Counted from the first letter of the stretch, positions 41,262 to 52,655 are shown. The stretch is DNA of 64,000 nucleotides from Opitutales bacterium (GCA_022361075.1 JAKSBQ010000357.1:1472-65471); one strand, 5' to 3'. The notes: generated from the letters alone by a model not told the origin. Program-made: numbers and translations.

Positions 41262-42368
41262 GTGAAAACGCGCCCAAGAGTTAGCCTTGAAATTCACCTG
41301 CAAGCGCTTCGCAGAAACGTTAGAAAGCTCAAAGATCACGTTTCACCCCTGAAGTTGATGGGAGTGTTGAAAGCAAATGCCTACGGATTGGGGGTAAGAC
41401 CCATTGCTGAAACGCTCAAAGAGGAGGGGACGCATTTTTTCGGAGTGGCGGAGCCAAAGGAGGCTTACGAAATTCACGATCTTGGAGTGCCGATTTTGAT
41501 TTTGGGGAGTATTCTACCGGAAGAAATTCCCGAAGCGGTGAAGGCAGGTCTGATTTTACCGATTTCTGATCTAGAAACCGCTAAGACAATCGATCAAGAG
41601 GCGAAAAAGCGGGGAGTCTTTGCCAAAGGTCATCTTTTGGTGGACACGGGTATGGGACGGCTGGGAGTGCCTGTCAAGGAAGCGAATGGTGTTTTGAAAG
41701 CGTTAATGAGATTAGAGAATCTCAATTTCACGGGCATCTATTCACACTTTCCAACCGCTTACGCGGATCGGGAATTTTCGGAGCACCAAATCTCGATGCT
41801 TCTGAAAATCGCTGACTTTGCCAAAGCTCATCCAGATTCAAAGATTGAAGAAATCCATATTTGCAATTCAGACGGCATTCACAATGTTCCACCGGCCTTC
41901 GCTCCACCGTTCACGATGGTTCGTACTGGTATTAATCTTTATGGTTGTTTCGATCTTGAAGGGCGTCGGACACTTGATCTGGAACCTGTGATTCAAATGA
42001 AGTCCCGGCTGGTTGCGGTTCGTGAGCTGGATGAGGGTGCGACTGTGGGTTATGGTCGGAATTTTGTGCTCAACCGAAAAATGACTGTAGGAACGGTCGC
42101 GATGGGGTATGCGGATGGTCTGCCATTGAGATTTAGCGATCAAGGACACTTACGGGTGCGGAATAAGAAATGTCCGATCATCGGGCGCACGTCCATGGAT
42201 TACACGACTGTAGATTTAACTGGGGTCGAAGATGCAAAAGTTGGCGATGAAGTCACCTGTCTCGGGGAGGATTTGGTGGTCAGCGATTGGGCGCTCGCGA
42301 AAGGAACCATTCCCTACGAAGTGATCTGTGCGATTGGCAATCGCGTTGAGCGAGTGGTGGTGGATTAA
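41262..42368 (+). CDS. alr: Alanine racemase
   Basis: PLP-lysine motif VLKANAYGLG, plus GYADG and the SMDYTTVDL-type C-terminus. 368 aa. Confidence 0.9.
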   Translation: MKTRPRVSLEIHLQALRRNVRKLKDHVSPLKLMGVLKANAYGLGVRPIAETLKEEGTHFFGVAEPKEAYEIHDLGVPILILGSILPEEIPEAVKAGLILPISDLETAKTIDQEAKKRGVFAKGHLLVDTGMGRLGVPVKEANGVLKALMRLENLNFTGIYSHFPTAYADREFSEHQISMLLKIADFAKAHPDSKIEEIHICNSDGIHNVPPAFAPPFTMVRTGINLYGCFDLEGRRTLDLEPVIQMKSRLVAVRELDEGATVGYGRNFVLNRKMTVGTVAMGYADGLPLRFSDQGHLRVRNKKCPIIGRTSMDYTTVDLTGVEDAKVGDEVTCLGEDLVVSDWALAKGTIPYEVICAIGNRVERVVVD

Positions 42369-42371
42369 AGC

Positions 42372-43352
42372 TTAAGCCCCTGCGTGCTGAATCGCTGCGA
42401 CCACGACCAGGATCGTGTAGCCGATGTAGGTTGCGGTAAGCAAACCGCCTTCCCAGTGCTTGATTTTTCCTTGTCCTTTGAATCCGAAGCACAGCAGAAA
42501 AAGAAGGAGGGTTAAACCACTCATGACTGGGAAATCTCTTGTCAACGCAATGCTTTCGATTTCAAAAGGTTTGATCACCGCGGCGAGCCCGACGACACCG
42601 AGAGTGTTGAACAAATTGGAGCCCACCACATTCCCTAATGCAATGTCGTGTTCTCCCTTGCGGGTCGCGGCGATGGAAGATGCAAGCTCAGGTAGTGAAG
42701 TTCCGATCGCAACCACTGTTAGGCCAACGATCAAATCGCTTACTCCCAGAGCTATTGCGATAGAAACGGCTCCCCAGACCAGCATACGAGAGCTGATCAC
42801 GAGAAAGATGAAACCAACGATCAACCAGATGATTCCGTACCTCAGGCTCTTTTTGGGGACGTCGAGACTTTCGTCAAATTCATCCGAAAGAGGATCTTCT
42901 TTCTTTTTAGTCGCAGTGTAGATCGACCATCCCATAATCCCGGCAAAAAGTACGAGAAGGATGATCCCGTCCAGCAGTTCAAGCATCTGATTTGCTGCCA
43001 GAAACCAGAGTACAGCGCTCACACCGATCAGGATGGGAATCTCCCGCTTGACGATGGAAGAATGGACCACAATTGGGCAGATCAAAGCCGTGACTCCCAA
43101 GATGAGCGCTATGTTGCTGATGTTGGACCCTATTGCATTTCCCAGTGCGAGGCCTGGATTCCCTTGGGCTGACGCAAATGCGGAAACGACGATTTCGGGT
43201 GCGGAAGTTCCGAATCCCACAATCACCATGCCTACCAACAACGGGGACATCCCTAGTCGATAGGCGGTGGACGCCGCGCCGTCGACGAACTTATCCGCAC
43301 TCCAAACGAGGAGTATCAGCCCAATAACGACGGCGAGGACAGCAAGCAGCAT
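42372..43352 (-). CDS. Ca2+/Na+ antiporter (CaCA/YrbG family)
   Basis: Two alpha-repeats, GTSAPE (FGTSAPEIVVS) and GTSLPE (IGTSLPELASS), each followed by GNxxGSN. About 10 TM helices. Confidence 0.9.
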   Translation of the reverse strand: MLLAVLAVVIGLILLVWSADKFVDGAASTAYRLGMSPLLVGMVIVGFGTSAPEIVVSAFASAQGNPGLALGNAIGSNISNIALILGVTALICPIVVHSSIVKREIPILIGVSAVLWFLAANQMLELLDGIILLVLFAGIMGWSIYTATKKKEDPLSDEFDESLDVPKKSLRYGIIWLIVGFIFLVISSRMLVWGAVSIAIALGVSDLIVGLTVVAIGTSLPELASSIAATRKGEHDIALGNVVGSNLFNTLGVVGLAAVIKPFEIESIALTRDFPVMSGLTLLLFLLCFGFKGQGKIKHWEGGLLTATYIGYTILVVVAAIQHAGA

Positions 43353-43358
43353 CAGTTT

Positions 43359-44069
43359 CTAAAAATCTTCGAGTTTAACAGTGCCTTCGTAAAGTGCCTT
43401 ACCCACGATCACACCCTTCAAGTGAGGATATTGATCTGCCAGTTTATTCAACTCGCCGATGTCTTCTTTTTTGCTCACACCGCCAGAAGCGATTACATCA
43501 GTAGTCACCCTTTCGAGCAAAGCACGTTGAGCTGCGATGTTGGGCCCCTTCATCATCCCGTCCGTAGCGATGTCGGTGTGGATGAGAGTCTGCACTCCCG
43601 CATCCTCAAGCATACGAGCGAGCACTAACACTTCCCGATCCGTTCCTTTGGTCCAGCCGTTTACAGCCACTTTACCATTTTTGGCATCAATACCGACCGC
43701 GATTTTGTTTCCAAATTCGTTGGCAACCTCCTCTGCGAAATCAGGATCGTCGCAAGCGCGTGTGCCGATCACCGCACGACTGATTCCAGCTTCCAAAACT
43801 TTCTCGATCGTTTTTATTTCACGTAAGCCGCCACCCATTTGAACCTTGAGGCCCAGTTTTGCGATCTCGATGATGAATTCGAGATTCTTTGGCTCACCGG
43901 AAAAAGCTCCGTCAAGATCCACGACGTGCACCCACTCGGCTCCGCCAATCGCGAACAAGCGTGCGGGCTCAAGTGGATCGTTGTGATAGACGGTTTCTTG
44001 GTCGGCTTTACCCTGTAGCAGCCGAACACAGCGTCCATCTTTAATGTCAATTGCAGGAAAAATCCTCAT
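43359..44069 (-). CDS. hisA: ProFAR isomerase HisA
   Basis: MRIFPAIDIKDGRCVRLLQGKADQETVY opening and (beta/alpha)8 phosphate motifs (GGGLR, ASGGVS). Confidence 0.9.
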   Translation of the reverse strand: MRIFPAIDIKDGRCVRLLQGKADQETVYHNDPLEPARLFAIGGAEWVHVVDLDGAFSGEPKNLEFIIEIAKLGLKVQMGGGLREIKTIEKVLEAGISRAVIGTRACDDPDFAEEVANEFGNKIAVGIDAKNGKVAVNGWTKGTDREVLVLARMLEDAGVQTLIHTDIATDGMMKGPNIAAQRALLERVTTDVIASGGVSKKEDIGELNKLADQYPHLKGVIVGKALYEGTVKLEDF

Positions 44070-44147
44070 GTTCGTTCAATAAAAATTGGTGTTTCAGTAA
44101 ACCGAATCGGCTTGCCTCTCATTGAAAGCACTTGGGGAGTCCGGAAC

Positions 44148-45446
44148 TTAGGCAGCGTCTCTTTTTTTCGACGGTTGTTCTTCCTGATACTTGATCTTAG
44201 GCTTTGCACGCCCGTCGACCACTGCACGGTTTACGATAATCTGGTCTACATTCGCCAGTTCAGGAACCCGGTAAGTGATATCAAGCATCAAATTCTCCAT
44301 TATGGAACGCAGGGCACGAGCGCCTGTCTTCATCTCGATCGCCTTCTCGGCCACCCGGTTGATCGCGTCACGGGTAAACTTGAGATTCACTCCTTCCATC
44401 AACATGAGTTTGGTGTATTGTTTTATGAGGGAGTTTTTAGTCTCCATGAGCACGTAAACCAAGTCCTTTTCCGTGAGTTGATTCAGAACAGTGGTTACCG
44501 GAAGTCGTCCGACAAATTCTGGGATCAATCCGTATCTTACGAGATCCTCTGGCTGAACGAGCTTAAGGAGTGCATCCTCCTCATCTACAACTGATTCCTT
44601 GGAACTACTCGAGAAACCAAGTCTTTTTGCGCCGATGCGGTCGCGGATGATTTTATCGAGTCCCACGAATGCACCACCGCATATGAAAAGGATGTTGGAT
44701 GTATCGACCTGAATGTATTCCTGGTTTGGGTGCTTGCGTCCGCCTTGTGGGGGAACGTTGCAAACCGTGCCTTCTAAAATTTTCAACAATGCCTGTTGCA
44801 CGCCTTCACCAGAAACGTCTCTCGTGATGGATACGTTCTCCGTTTTCCGACCGATTTTATCGATCTCATCCACGTAAATAATGCCGGTCTCCGCGCGTTT
44901 GGGATCGTAGTCGGCAGCTTGAAGAAGACGCAGGATGATGTTTTCCACGTCATCTCCGACGTACCCAGCTTCTGTCAGGGTTGTTGCATCCGCGATCGCG
45001 AAAGGCACGTCGAGAAGTTTCGCAAGGTTACGAGCGAGATAAGTCTTTCCACTTCCGGTGGGTCCGATTAGGAGCACGTTGCTCTTTTCGATCTCCACAT
45101 CCATGAGTTCTTCAGCGTGTGGATTGGCTTCTTTGTTCTTTTCAAATAGTTCGAACGACTGACGTTTGTAGTGGTTATAAACTGCAACGGAGAGGCACTT
45201 CTTCGGATGCTCCTGTCCTACCACATTTTGATCAAGGTAGTTTTTGATTTCGAGTGGTCGGATCAGCTTAAACGCGTTGCGCGGTGCATCAGGTGCTCCC
45301 TTGAGCTCACGGTCGATGATCGTCTGACATACAGTGACACATGCATCACAAATGTAGACCCCCGCCGGACCCGCGATCATCTTGCGAACCTCGTTATGAG
45401 ATTTGCCGCAGAACGAGCAGAAAGTCATTTTTGATGATTTTGCCAT
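44148..45446 (-). CDS. clpX: ATP-dependent Clp protease ATP-binding subunit ClpX
   Basis: N-terminal zinc finger CSFCGK...CDAC, Walker [17 protein letters not shown]. 432 aa. Confidence 0.97.
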   Translation of the reverse strand: MAKSSKMTFCSFCGKSHNEVRKMIAGPAGVYICDACVTVCQTIIDRELKGAPDAPRNAFKLIRPLEIKNYLDQNVVGQEHPKKCLSVAVYNHYKRQSFELFEKNKEANPHAEELMDVEIEKSNVLLIGPTGSGKTYLARNLAKLLDVPFAIADATTLTEAGYVGDDVENIILRLLQAADYDPKRAETGIIYVDEIDKIGRKTENVSITRDVSGEGVQQALLKILEGTVCNVPPQGGRKHPNQEYIQVDTSNILFICGGAFVGLDKIIRDRIGAKRLGFSSSSKESVVDEEDALLKLVQPEDLVRYGLIPEFVGRLPVTTVLNQLTEKDLVYVLMETKNSLIKQYTKLMLMEGVNLKFTRDAINRVAEKAIEMKTGARALRSIMENLMLDITYRVPELANVDQIIVNRAVVDGRAKPKIKYQEEQPSKKRDAA

Positions 45447-45480
45447 GATGTCTAGTTCCCGTAACGTCGGTAGTCGTTGC

Positions 45481-46095
45481 TTACTTCGGAGCTTGTGCTT
45501 GCTCGAATACTTGATCCACGATGCCGTAATTCTTTGCTTCGGTCGCGTCTAGATAGTAGTCGCGGTCCGAGTCCTTCTCGATTTGCTCGACCGATTGTCC
45601 TGTGTGCTTTCCGAGGACTTCGTTGATTGTTTTCTTCCAGCGTAGAATTTCCTTTGCTGCGATAGAGATGTCCGAAGTTTGTCCGGTAGCTCCTCCGCTT
45701 GGCTGGTGAATCATCACTCGGCAGTTTGGCAACGCGTAGCGCTTCCCGGGAGTTCCCGCTGCGAGAAGCACGGTGCTCATGCTAGCGGCAAGACCTACGC
45801 AGTAAGTCACGATGTCGCAGCTGATGAGATTCATCGTGTCGTAGATCGCCATACCGTCAGTCACACTTCCTCCAGGCGAATTGATGTAAAGGTAGACGTC
45901 CTTCTTGGGATCTTCAGTCTGCAGAAAAAGAAGCTGAGCGATGACCGCGTTCGCGACGAAATCGTTGATCGGAGTCCCGATGAAAACGATTCGGTCCTTC
46001 AGCAGTCGGCTGTAGATATCCCAGGTGCGCTCGGTGCGTCCGTCCCGCTCATAAACGTATGGTAAAGGTGCGTAGCTCACGATGTTTGATTCCAA
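45481..46095 (-). CDS. clpP: ATP-dependent Clp protease proteolytic subunit
   Basis: Catalytic-site contexts GLAASMS (Ser) and MIHQPSGG (His). Located in the tig-clpP-clpX order. Confidence 0.97.
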   Translation of the reverse strand: MESNIVSYAPLPYVYERDGRTERTWDIYSRLLKDRIVFIGTPINDFVANAVIAQLLFLQTEDPKKDVYLYINSPGGSVTDGMAIYDTMNLISCDIVTYCVGLAASMSTVLLAAGTPGKRYALPNCRVMIHQPSGGATGQTSDISIAAKEILRWKKTINEVLGKHTGQSVEQIEKDSDRDYYLDATEAKNYGIVDQVFEQAQAPK

Positions 46096-46125
46096 AAATT
46101 AAAAGTTGATTCCTTCAGCCGGGAT

Positions 46126-47439
46126 TTAGGATTTCACTTCTGTGATTTCAGCCTCATCCACAAGGAACTGAAGTGTTTTGTTAAACAAAGCACTCTGACG
46201 AAGGCTATTCAAGCGTTCCTGATCATTTTTTAGTTCCTTGACCATTTGTTCCATGGGAACACCTGTTTGCATCGACTGTGAGTAGAGCAGTTGAGAAAGA
46301 TCTTCCTGCCCGACTTCAATCTTTTCGGCTTCCGCAATTCGGCCAATGATGAGGTCAATTTTCACTCGCTCCTTCGCCGTGGTCTCGATCTGATCCATGT
46401 TTTTGGTCAGTTCGTCGTCCATTTGCTCTTTCGGTAGACCTTGCTGAAGGTTGTGACGAGCAAAGTCTTCCATGATCGCTTGTTTTTCGCGCTCAAATGC
46501 AGACTCAGGAACTTCAAAATCAACTGCTTCTCTCAGTTTATCACCAACCGACTGGCGTTGTTGACCGAAGATCTCTTGTTTCTTGCGACCCTCGATGCTG
46601 GTTTTGAAGCGTTCGCGGAGCTCGGCTTCGTTCTTTGCGTTGAGTGACTTTAAAAACTCCTCATTGATCTCAGGTAAAATCTTCTCGCGGACTTCGTGTA
46701 CCTCGACGGTGTAGGTTGCCTTCTTCTTGCGAAGTCCATCAACTGCGTGATCGTCTGCAAATGTGTGTTCCACCTTTGCTGTGTCACCTTCCTTCATCCC
46801 TACAAGAGCCTCGACGACGGATGAAACTCCGGGAGTTCCTTCAGCACCAGCTTCTTCCCACGTGTTCTTCTGGGTGCCAAGAATGGATTTGTCAGGTGCG
46901 ATGTCTTCGATCTTCTTGCGACCCACCTTGCCTTCGTAGGAGCACTTCACGTAATCACCGACTTCAGCGGCTTTTTCTACTTTGTTAAACTCTGCACGCT
47001 CGTTGAGCAGCATTTTGATCGCGTCATCTACTTCCTTCTCTTCCACTTCAGACGAAGGTGATTCAATCTTAAGCCCCTTGTATTCAGGAAGTTCGAATTG
47101 TGGTGTTAGGTCTACTGTGAAAATCACTTTACCATCCTTAGCGACTTCGAATTCGCCTTCCTCAACGGTTACAACTCCAAAAATATCCAGTTCCGACTTC
47201 TGAACACCTGCTTCATATGCCTGGCGGATGAGTCCCCGATTTAGCTCTTCATCTAGTTCCTTCTTGAAACGTTTTTCCACCATGGCTTGCGGGACTTTTC
47301 CTGGGCGGAAGCCTGGGATTTTAGCGTGTTTGCAAAAATCTTTAACGATACTTTTGTTCTTTTCAGATACTTCGGCAGCATCGAAAGACACGGTGATGAT
47401 TGACCGTGTTGCGGATTGTTCTTTTACGTCTGTCTTCAC
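46126..47439 (-). CDS. tig: Trigger factor
   Basis: 437 aa. The ribosome-binding motif region GFRPGKVP is near the N-terminus. Lies upstream of clpP. Confidence 0.95.
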   Translation of the reverse strand: MKTDVKEQSATRSIITVSFDAAEVSEKNKSIVKDFCKHAKIPGFRPGKVPQAMVEKRFKKELDEELNRGLIRQAYEAGVQKSELDIFGVVTVEEGEFEVAKDGKVIFTVDLTPQFELPEYKGLKIESPSSEVEEKEVDDAIKMLLNERAEFNKVEKAAEVGDYVKCSYEGKVGRKKIEDIAPDKSILGTQKNTWEEAGAEGTPGVSSVVEALVGMKEGDTAKVEHTFADDHAVDGLRKKKATYTVEVHEVREKILPEINEEFLKSLNAKNEAELRERFKTSIEGRKKQEIFGQQRQSVGDKLREAVDFEVPESAFEREKQAIMEDFARHNLQQGLPKEQMDDELTKNMDQIETTAKERVKIDLIIGRIAEAEKIEVGQEDLSQLLYSQSMQTGVPMEQMVKELKNDQERLNSLRQSALFNKTLQFLVDEAEITEVKS

Positions 47440-47523
47440 TCTGCGTGTTGGCTAAGGATTTTGTAATGGTCCTGTTTGGTAAAAAAACGATCAGTCAAAC
47501 GTAAGTGACAGACTCCGTCAATC

Positions 47524-48063
47524 TCAATGTGTAACAGGGATCCAATCCACCGAAGCAATGTAATTGGCCTTGGATTGGAGGTTCACGACTTCGTCAATCC
47601 AAGCGCTGGCAGAGCCCGCCTGAACTCGAATTTTATAGGTTGGGGGATTGGATTCCAGAAATTCATGTCCTTGGTGTTTTAGACCCGCTTCCATGAGGTC
47701 GGCTTCGAGCCCTGGTCTCGAAGTCACGAGTAGAAGTTCGCCGGAGTGAAGACCATTGCTGTTCGGGCTCTCCAGATACCAAAATTTCTTTCCATCACCA
47801 TTCGCGAAGAAATATCCAGTGGCTTCGATTGTTCGTTCCGAGCCGCTGACTTTCTCCATCGCTGTGACGTGTCCTTGTGCGCCAGACAGTTCGACGATGC
47901 TCACGGGGAGATTCTCCAAAGTGACCGAGATTCTCTCCCAATGAGCGGCGTTTGCCTCAGCTTCGGCCAAGCGATTTCGTCTGAAATCGGCGATGATTGA
48001 GACAATCACAACGCCGATTATGAATCCCACAAAATACGCCTGAGTGCGTCTTCCAATTTTCAT
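47524..48063 (-). CDS. Membrane-anchored hypothetical protein
   Basis: Internal Met53 start (MKIGRRTQAYFVGFIIGVVIVSIIADF) gives one TM helix plus a soluble domain. The longer ORF would overlap the upstream gene. Confidence 0.5.
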   Translation of the reverse strand: MKIGRRTQAYFVGFIIGVVIVSIIADFRRNRLAEAEANAAHWERISVTLENLPVSIVELSGAQGHVTAMEKVSGSERTIEATGYFFANGDGKKFWYLESPNSNGLHSGELLLVTSRPGLEADLMEAGLKHQGHEFLESNPPTYKIRVQAGSASAWIDEVVNLQSKANYIASVDWIPVTH

Positions 48064-48077
48064 AAAATCTAAATCTG

Positions 48078-48386
48078 CTACCTTGAAGTGAAGAATCGGC
48101 TGGTACGATCCATGATCTTTTTCCGATCCATGACGACCCAAATCATTGCGATTGCAATCGACCACATGTTTGCGTACTGACAACCGATTCGAAATGCGCC
48201 TCCGATCAGTTCCAACCAAGGGGTTTCCTCAAAAAAGAGGAGTTTGGTGAAAGGGGTAACAAGGACTCCCACGATCCCTCCGAGCAGGGTGATCAAGAGC
48301 ACACGGTAGAGCCAAACGCCTACCCAAAATCCCGCGACGCTGCAGTAGTCGCCCACTTTGATCAGTGAAAGCCATGTTTTTTTCAT
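48078..48386 (-). CDS. Small multi-pass membrane protein, unknown function
   Basis: Met28 start (MKKTWLSLIKVG...), about 102 aa with 3 hydrophobic helices. It ends 14 nt before the next gene. Confidence 0.45.
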   Translation of the reverse strand: MKKTWLSLIKVGDYCSVAGFWVGVWLYRVLLITLLGGIVGVLVTPFTKLLFFEETPWLELIGGAFRIGCQYANMWSIAIAMIWVVMDRKKIMDRTSRFFTSR

Positions 48387-48656
48387 AAAACAATGCTTGG
48401 ACACTTTTGAATTCCTTGCAAGGGTGGGATGAACATGATCTGTGTTGAGTGCCATTCGATCATACAAAGCAGGTGAGAAAGCTCAAAGTTGAAGATACAA
48501 TTGGGAAACCCACGGTGAGAATATGGAATTAGAGTGCAGAATTTATTTAAGAACTGTATTCCGCATTCCAAATTCAACATTCTGCATAATTCTTTCGTAA
48601 GGTTTCATATCAATTTGTAATTTTATTTTGTCGGTTAATCTCCAAAACTATTTCAC

Positions 48657-49061
48657 ATGATCCAGACTGAAACTACCATCCAAGTTCGATATGTCGAAAC
48701 CGACCAAATGGGATTTGTGCATCACCAAAACTATGTCGCCTATTTTGAGCTGGCGCGGGTGGATATGCTGGAAAAAATCGGAGTGCCCTATCACCAACTT
48801 GAAAAGGACGGCTATATGCTTCCCGTTCTGGGAATAGAAATCCAGTATTTGATGCCAAACACGTTTGGTGACGAACTTCGCATCGTCTGCATGATGAGGG
48901 AGATGCCAAAAGTTCGCATCAATATCGAATACGAAATCTTTCGGGGAGAAACGCTCACTACTACAGGATCCTCTCATCATGGGTTCATGAGTCCCAAGGG
49001 CAAAGCGATCCGTCCACCCAAATATTTAATCGAGGTTGCTCGTCCTTTTTACGAAAAATGA
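48657..49061 (+). CDS. Acyl-CoA thioesterase, YbgC/4HBT hotdog family
   Basis: VRYVETDQMGFVHHQNYVAYFE contains the catalytic Asp context typical of the family. Confidence 0.85.
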   Translation: MIQTETTIQVRYVETDQMGFVHHQNYVAYFELARVDMLEKIGVPYHQLEKDGYMLPVLGIEIQYLMPNTFGDELRIVCMMREMPKVRINIEYEIFRGETLTTTGSSHHGFMSPKGKAIRPPKYLIEVARPFYEK

Positions 49062-49411
49062 GCATGTTCGATCACCTCCTGAGCCAGTTTCGTGGCATTC
49101 CTTCCCGTTACCAGCCCGAGCCGAAGCAACGAGCGAAGGAGTTGAGTGGGTTTATCGATGAGATCACCGAGAAATACTCGATTGAAGGCCCGCGTCCCGA
49201 AGTGCTCATCATTCAAAATTGGCGGGAAATAGTGGGTTCCAGAGATGCTCACCGCTGTAAACCGGAAAAAATCACTCCCGAGGGAGCCCTCATCGTCACA
49301 ACCACCAACAGCACGCTGCGGATGGAATTGCAGTTCAAACGGACCCAAATTCTTAAAAACCTGCAGAGAATATGTGGATCTGATACGATAAAGGACGTGA
49401 TTGTCCGATAA
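49058..49411 (+). CDS. DUF721/DciA-like protein
   Basis: The 'NWREIVGSRDAHRCKPEKITPEGALIVTTTNSTLRMELQFKRTQILKNL' pattern (W..IVG...A.H..P..L..G.L.V.V.SS.W..EL) matches DUF721. 4-nt overlap with the thioesterase gene. Confidence 0.65.
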   Translation: MSMFDHLLSQFRGIPSRYQPEPKQRAKELSGFIDEITEKYSIEGPRPEVLIIQNWREIVGSRDAHRCKPEKITPEGALIVTTTNSTLRMELQFKRTQILKNLQRICGSDTIKDVIVR

Positions 49412-49623
49412 ACACACGATCTGTAATCCTGTTGGTGTATGCACCGTGAAATGTACTGCCTTTTCGGATTTTTATGTTCCGCTCAAAAAAGTAAATTTTG
49501 TTTCATTCGTGTAAATAAGCGGGTTGGAAAGCGCTCCAAAGGGAAAAAAGGCTTGAAAAATAAATTAATAAGAGCCAAAGGTTTTGGATGCGCCAGAGAG
49601 TCCTGCAAGCGAGCAGGCTTTCC

Positions 49624-49711
49624 GTAGCTTCGTCCGGCAGCGGACGTGAGCGGTGATTCAGGCCACGCCGGCTTGGTTCACACCCGCTCCAACGAGGGGG
49701 TTTCAAGCTAC
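49624..49711 (+). promoter_or_regulatory. Structured 5' leader of rpsO (three-way-junction candidate)
   Basis: Closing helix GTAGCTT (49624-49630) pairs with AAGCTAC (49705-49711). Inside are the hairpin CGTCCG-gcag-CGGACG (49631-49646) and the helix GAGCGG (49648-49653) paired with CCGCTC (49693-49698). It ends 18 nt before the rpsO ATG. Confidence 0.35.
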
Positions 49712-49729
49712 GCAACCACAGATCATTAG

Positions 49730-49996
49730 ATGTCAAACGCAATAGAAAAAGATAAAATCATCTCAGACTACAAAACGCATGAGAAGGACACCGGTTCCTG
49801 TGAAGTGCAAATCGCACTTTTAACCGCGCGAATCTCTCACTTATCTGAGCACCTTCAAAAGCACCGTAAGGATTTTCACTCCCGTCGGGGCCTCATTAAG
49901 ATGACCAGTAGACGTCGTAAGTTTCTGGACTATATGAAGAAGCACGATCTCGAAGGTTACAAAGAGATCATTGCTAAACTGGGCATCCGCCGATAA
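49730..49996 (+). CDS. rpsO: 30S ribosomal protein S15
   Basis: 88 aa. [39 protein letters not shown] is canonical S15. Confidence 0.97.
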   Translation: MSNAIEKDKIISDYKTHEKDTGSCEVQIALLTARISHLSEHLQKHRKDFHSRRGLIKMTSRRRKFLDYMKKHDLEGYKEIIAKLGIRR

Positions 49997-50087
49997 ATTG
50001 AAGCTGGCATTATCAACGCCATTGTCCAACCACCTATGGATCTGAAACCAACGATGTTTTTTCAGACCCATTTTAGTTAGTTTTAGG

Positions 50088-50128
50088 AAACGAGTGAGCC
50101 ACCATTGTCGGAGGACACTCGTTTTTTG
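50088..50128 (+). terminator. rpsO-pnp intergenic hairpin/terminator
   Basis: AAACGAGTG (50088-50096) pairs with CACTCGTTT (50116-50124), followed by a T-run. The position matches the known rpsO terminator and pnp leader hairpin arrangement. Confidence 0.6.
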
Positions 50129-50171
50129 TTAGAAATCGATTCTCCAAAATAGGAGACAAACCCATACTCAA

Positions 50172-52388
50172 ATGAAACAAAAAAACTCCGTAAGTGTCGA
50201 AGGACTCGACATTACAATCTCAACTGGAACCCTCGCTCTTCAGGCCAGTGGTTCCGTTGTCATCAGTTCCGGCGAAACTTCTGTATTTGTCAGCGCGACT
50301 GCTGCCTCAAATATCAGACCTGGCCAGGACTTTTTCCCACTCACCGTAGACTATCGCGAAAAATACTCTGCGGTTGGTAAATTCCCCGGTGGCTACATCA
50401 AACGTGAGAGCCGCCCTTCCGAGAAAGAAATTCTCACATCCCGTCTTTGTGACCGTCCGCTTCGTCCTCTTTTCCCGAAAGGATTTTTGAACGAAGTTCA
50501 GGTGATTGGTTATCTGCTCTCTGCGGATTTGGTAAACGAGCCAGACATCCTGATGGTGAACGGTGCATCCGCTGCGATGATGATTTCCGACATCCCATGG
50601 GCAGGTCCTGTAGGTTGTGTGCGCATAGGTGAAATTGACGACGAGTTCGTGGTTAACCCAACGAACGATCAAATGATCGATTCCACTCTCGACCTCATTT
50701 ACGTAGGTAACGAGAAAGAAATGATGATGATCGAAGGAAGCGCTGAGCAGATCCCTGAAGATCGTTTTGTTCAGGCTCTTGAGTTCGCTCAAGAAGCGAT
50801 TCAGCCCATCATCAAGGCACAAAAAGAGTTGGCCGCCCAAGTGGCGAAGCCAAAGAAAGAATTCGAACTCTTCACTGCTGATCCTGAGATCCTTGCGCTT
50901 TGCCGCGAGACTGTGGAAGCAGATATGTCCACTGCTATTTTCCAGGACAAGAAGCAAGACCGTGAAAACGCGGTGAACGTGCTTAAGGAAAAAGCAACCG
51001 AGGTGGTTACTGCGAAATATGGCGAAGATGGTTTCGATGAATACCAAATCGCGATGGCATTTGAAGTACTCCAGGAAGAAGTTTACCGCTCCAATATTCT
51101 GGACAATGGCAAACGCGCAGATGGCCGTGCGCCTCTCGATCTTCGTGAGATCACTTGTGAAACCGGTGTGCTTCCACGCACTCACGGAACTGCGGTTTTC
51201 CAACGCGGTGAGACTCAATCACTAGTCGTAACGACTCTTGGAACGGGTAAAGATGCTCAGTCTCTCGATGGTTTGACGGGTGGACCACAGTCAAAGAGCT
51301 TTATCCTGCACTACAATTTCCCACCATTCTCAGTGGGTGAGTGTGGACGTTTCGGAGTTCCCGGTCGTCGTGAAATTGGTCACGGTGCGTTGGCGGAGCG
51401 TTCGTTGCTCCCAGTCATTCCCGGGGAGGACGAATTCCCTTACGCGATCCGCGTGGTTTCAGAAATCATGGGATCTAACGGTTCGACCTCGATGGCGAGT
51501 GTTTGTGGTGGATGTCTTTCGCTCATGGACGCAGGTGTTCCGATCACCGATACAGTTGCTGGGATTTCTGCAGGTTTGATCACCGAGTTTGATGAAGACG
51601 GCAAACTGAAACGTCACGAAGTTCTTTCGGACATCCTTGGTGCGGAAGATCACTTCGGTGATATGGACTTCAAGATTTGTGGAACTCGCAATGGTATCAC
51701 CGGCTTCCAGTTGGACCTGAAGATTCAGGGTCTGGACTTCGAGGTTGCGAAGGAAGCGATCAAGGTCGCCACTGAAACTCGTTACAAAATTTTGGACGTG
51801 ATGGAATCTACTCTACAGACTCCTCGTGAGGATGTGAATGAATACGCACCACGTGTTCACGTGCTTCAGATTGATCCTGAAAAAATCGGTCTTCTGATTG
51901 GTCCCGGAGGTAAGAACATCCGTCGTATCGTTGAGACCACTGGCGCAAACATCGACATCGATGAGGACGATTCAGGTCGCGTTTCCATCTACGCAACCAG
52001 CAAAGAAGCAATGGATCGTGCAATCTACGAAGTGGAGTTGGTAACTGGTGATATCGAGGAAGGTAAAATCTACCGAGGCATCGTTCGTTCGATCAAAGAC
52101 TTCGGCGCTTTCGTGGAGTGTTTACCGGGTAAGGAAGGTTTGGTTCACATCTCTGAGTTGGCAGATTTCCGAGTCCGAAAGACTGAGGATGTTTGTAAGG
52201 TGGGTGATGAGATGATCGTCAAATGTCTTGCAACCGACGAAAAGGGACGTGTTCGTCTAAGCCGCAAGGCTGCTCTCGCTGAGCTTGAGCAGGCTCAAGG
52301 TGGAGGAGATTCTGAGGAAGCCAAGGAAGAAGCTCCCGCAGAACCCGAAGCTGAGGCAAAGGAAGAAACAAAGACTGAAGAATCTTAA
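50172..52388 (+). CDS. pnp: Polyribonucleotide nucleotidyltransferase (PNPase)
   Basis: 738 aa. Two RNase PH domains, a KH domain ([15 protein letters not shown]) and an S1 domain ([19 protein letters not shown]), with an acidic C-terminal tail. Confidence 0.97.
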   Translation: MKQKNSVSVEGLDITISTGTLALQASGSVVISSGETSVFVSATAASNIRPGQDFFPLTVDYREKYSAVGKFPGGYIKRESRPSEKEILTSRLCDRPLRPLFPKGFLNEVQVIGYLLSADLVNEPDILMVNGASAAMMISDIPWAGPVGCVRIGEIDDEFVVNPTNDQMIDSTLDLIYVGNEKEMMMIEGSAEQIPEDRFVQALEFAQEAIQPIIKAQKELAAQVAKPKKEFELFTADPEILALCRETVEADMSTAIFQDKKQDRENAVNVLKEKATEVVTAKYGEDGFDEYQIAMAFEVLQEEVYRSNILDNGKRADGRAPLDLREITCETGVLPRTHGTAVFQRGETQSLVVTTLGTGKDAQSLDGLTGGPQSKSFILHYNFPPFSVGECGRFGVPGRREIGHGALAERSLLPVIPGEDEFPYAIRVVSEIMGSNGSTSMASVCGGCLSLMDAGVPITDTVAGISAGLITEFDEDGKLKRHEVLSDILGAEDHFGDMDFKICGTRNGITGFQLDLKIQGLDFEVAKEAIKVATETRYKILDVMESTLQTPREDVNEYAPRVHVLQIDPEKIGLLIGPGGKNIRRIVETTGANIDIDEDDSGRVSIYATSKEAMDRAIYEVELVTGDIEEGKIYRGIVRSIKDFGAFVECLPGKEGLVHISELADFRVRKTEDVCKVGDEMIVKCLATDEKGRVRLSRKAALAELEQAQGGGDSEEAKEEAPAEPEAEAKEETKTEES

Positions 52389-52415
52389 TCCCGAGATCCC
52401 ACTAATTGGAGAACC

Positions 52416-52640
52416 ATGAGCCAAACAGAAGTTCAGATCCCAAGAGATTATGGAACCTGGAAGTCCATGATCTCCAATCAGTGCAAGGAGACGCTTTCAC
52501 CCGAGTATCTTAATGCGAGGTTGAAAGTGCTCAAAAATGCGTCTGACCCCTACACTCAAAAAATGGTGAGTGTTTATGGGGCGGATTACGTGAAAGTACT
52601 CATCAGTTGGTTTGAGAAAGCCAAAAGCGATCTTATTTAG
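52416..52640 (+). CDS. Hypothetical 74-aa protein
   Basis: ORF in the 27-nt-spaced slot between pnp and sufE on the same strand. No family recognised. Confidence 0.4.
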   Translation: MSQTEVQIPRDYGTWKSMISNQCKETLSPEYLNARLKVLKNASDPYTQKMVSVYGADYVKVLISWFEKAKSDLI

Positions 52641-52655
52641 GACTTAGAGAGACTC

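Noticed and set aside
50307-51218. 303-aa ORF on the minus strand
   Set aside because: It is antisense to pnp, which is a canonical PNPase on the plus strand, so it is a shadow ORF.
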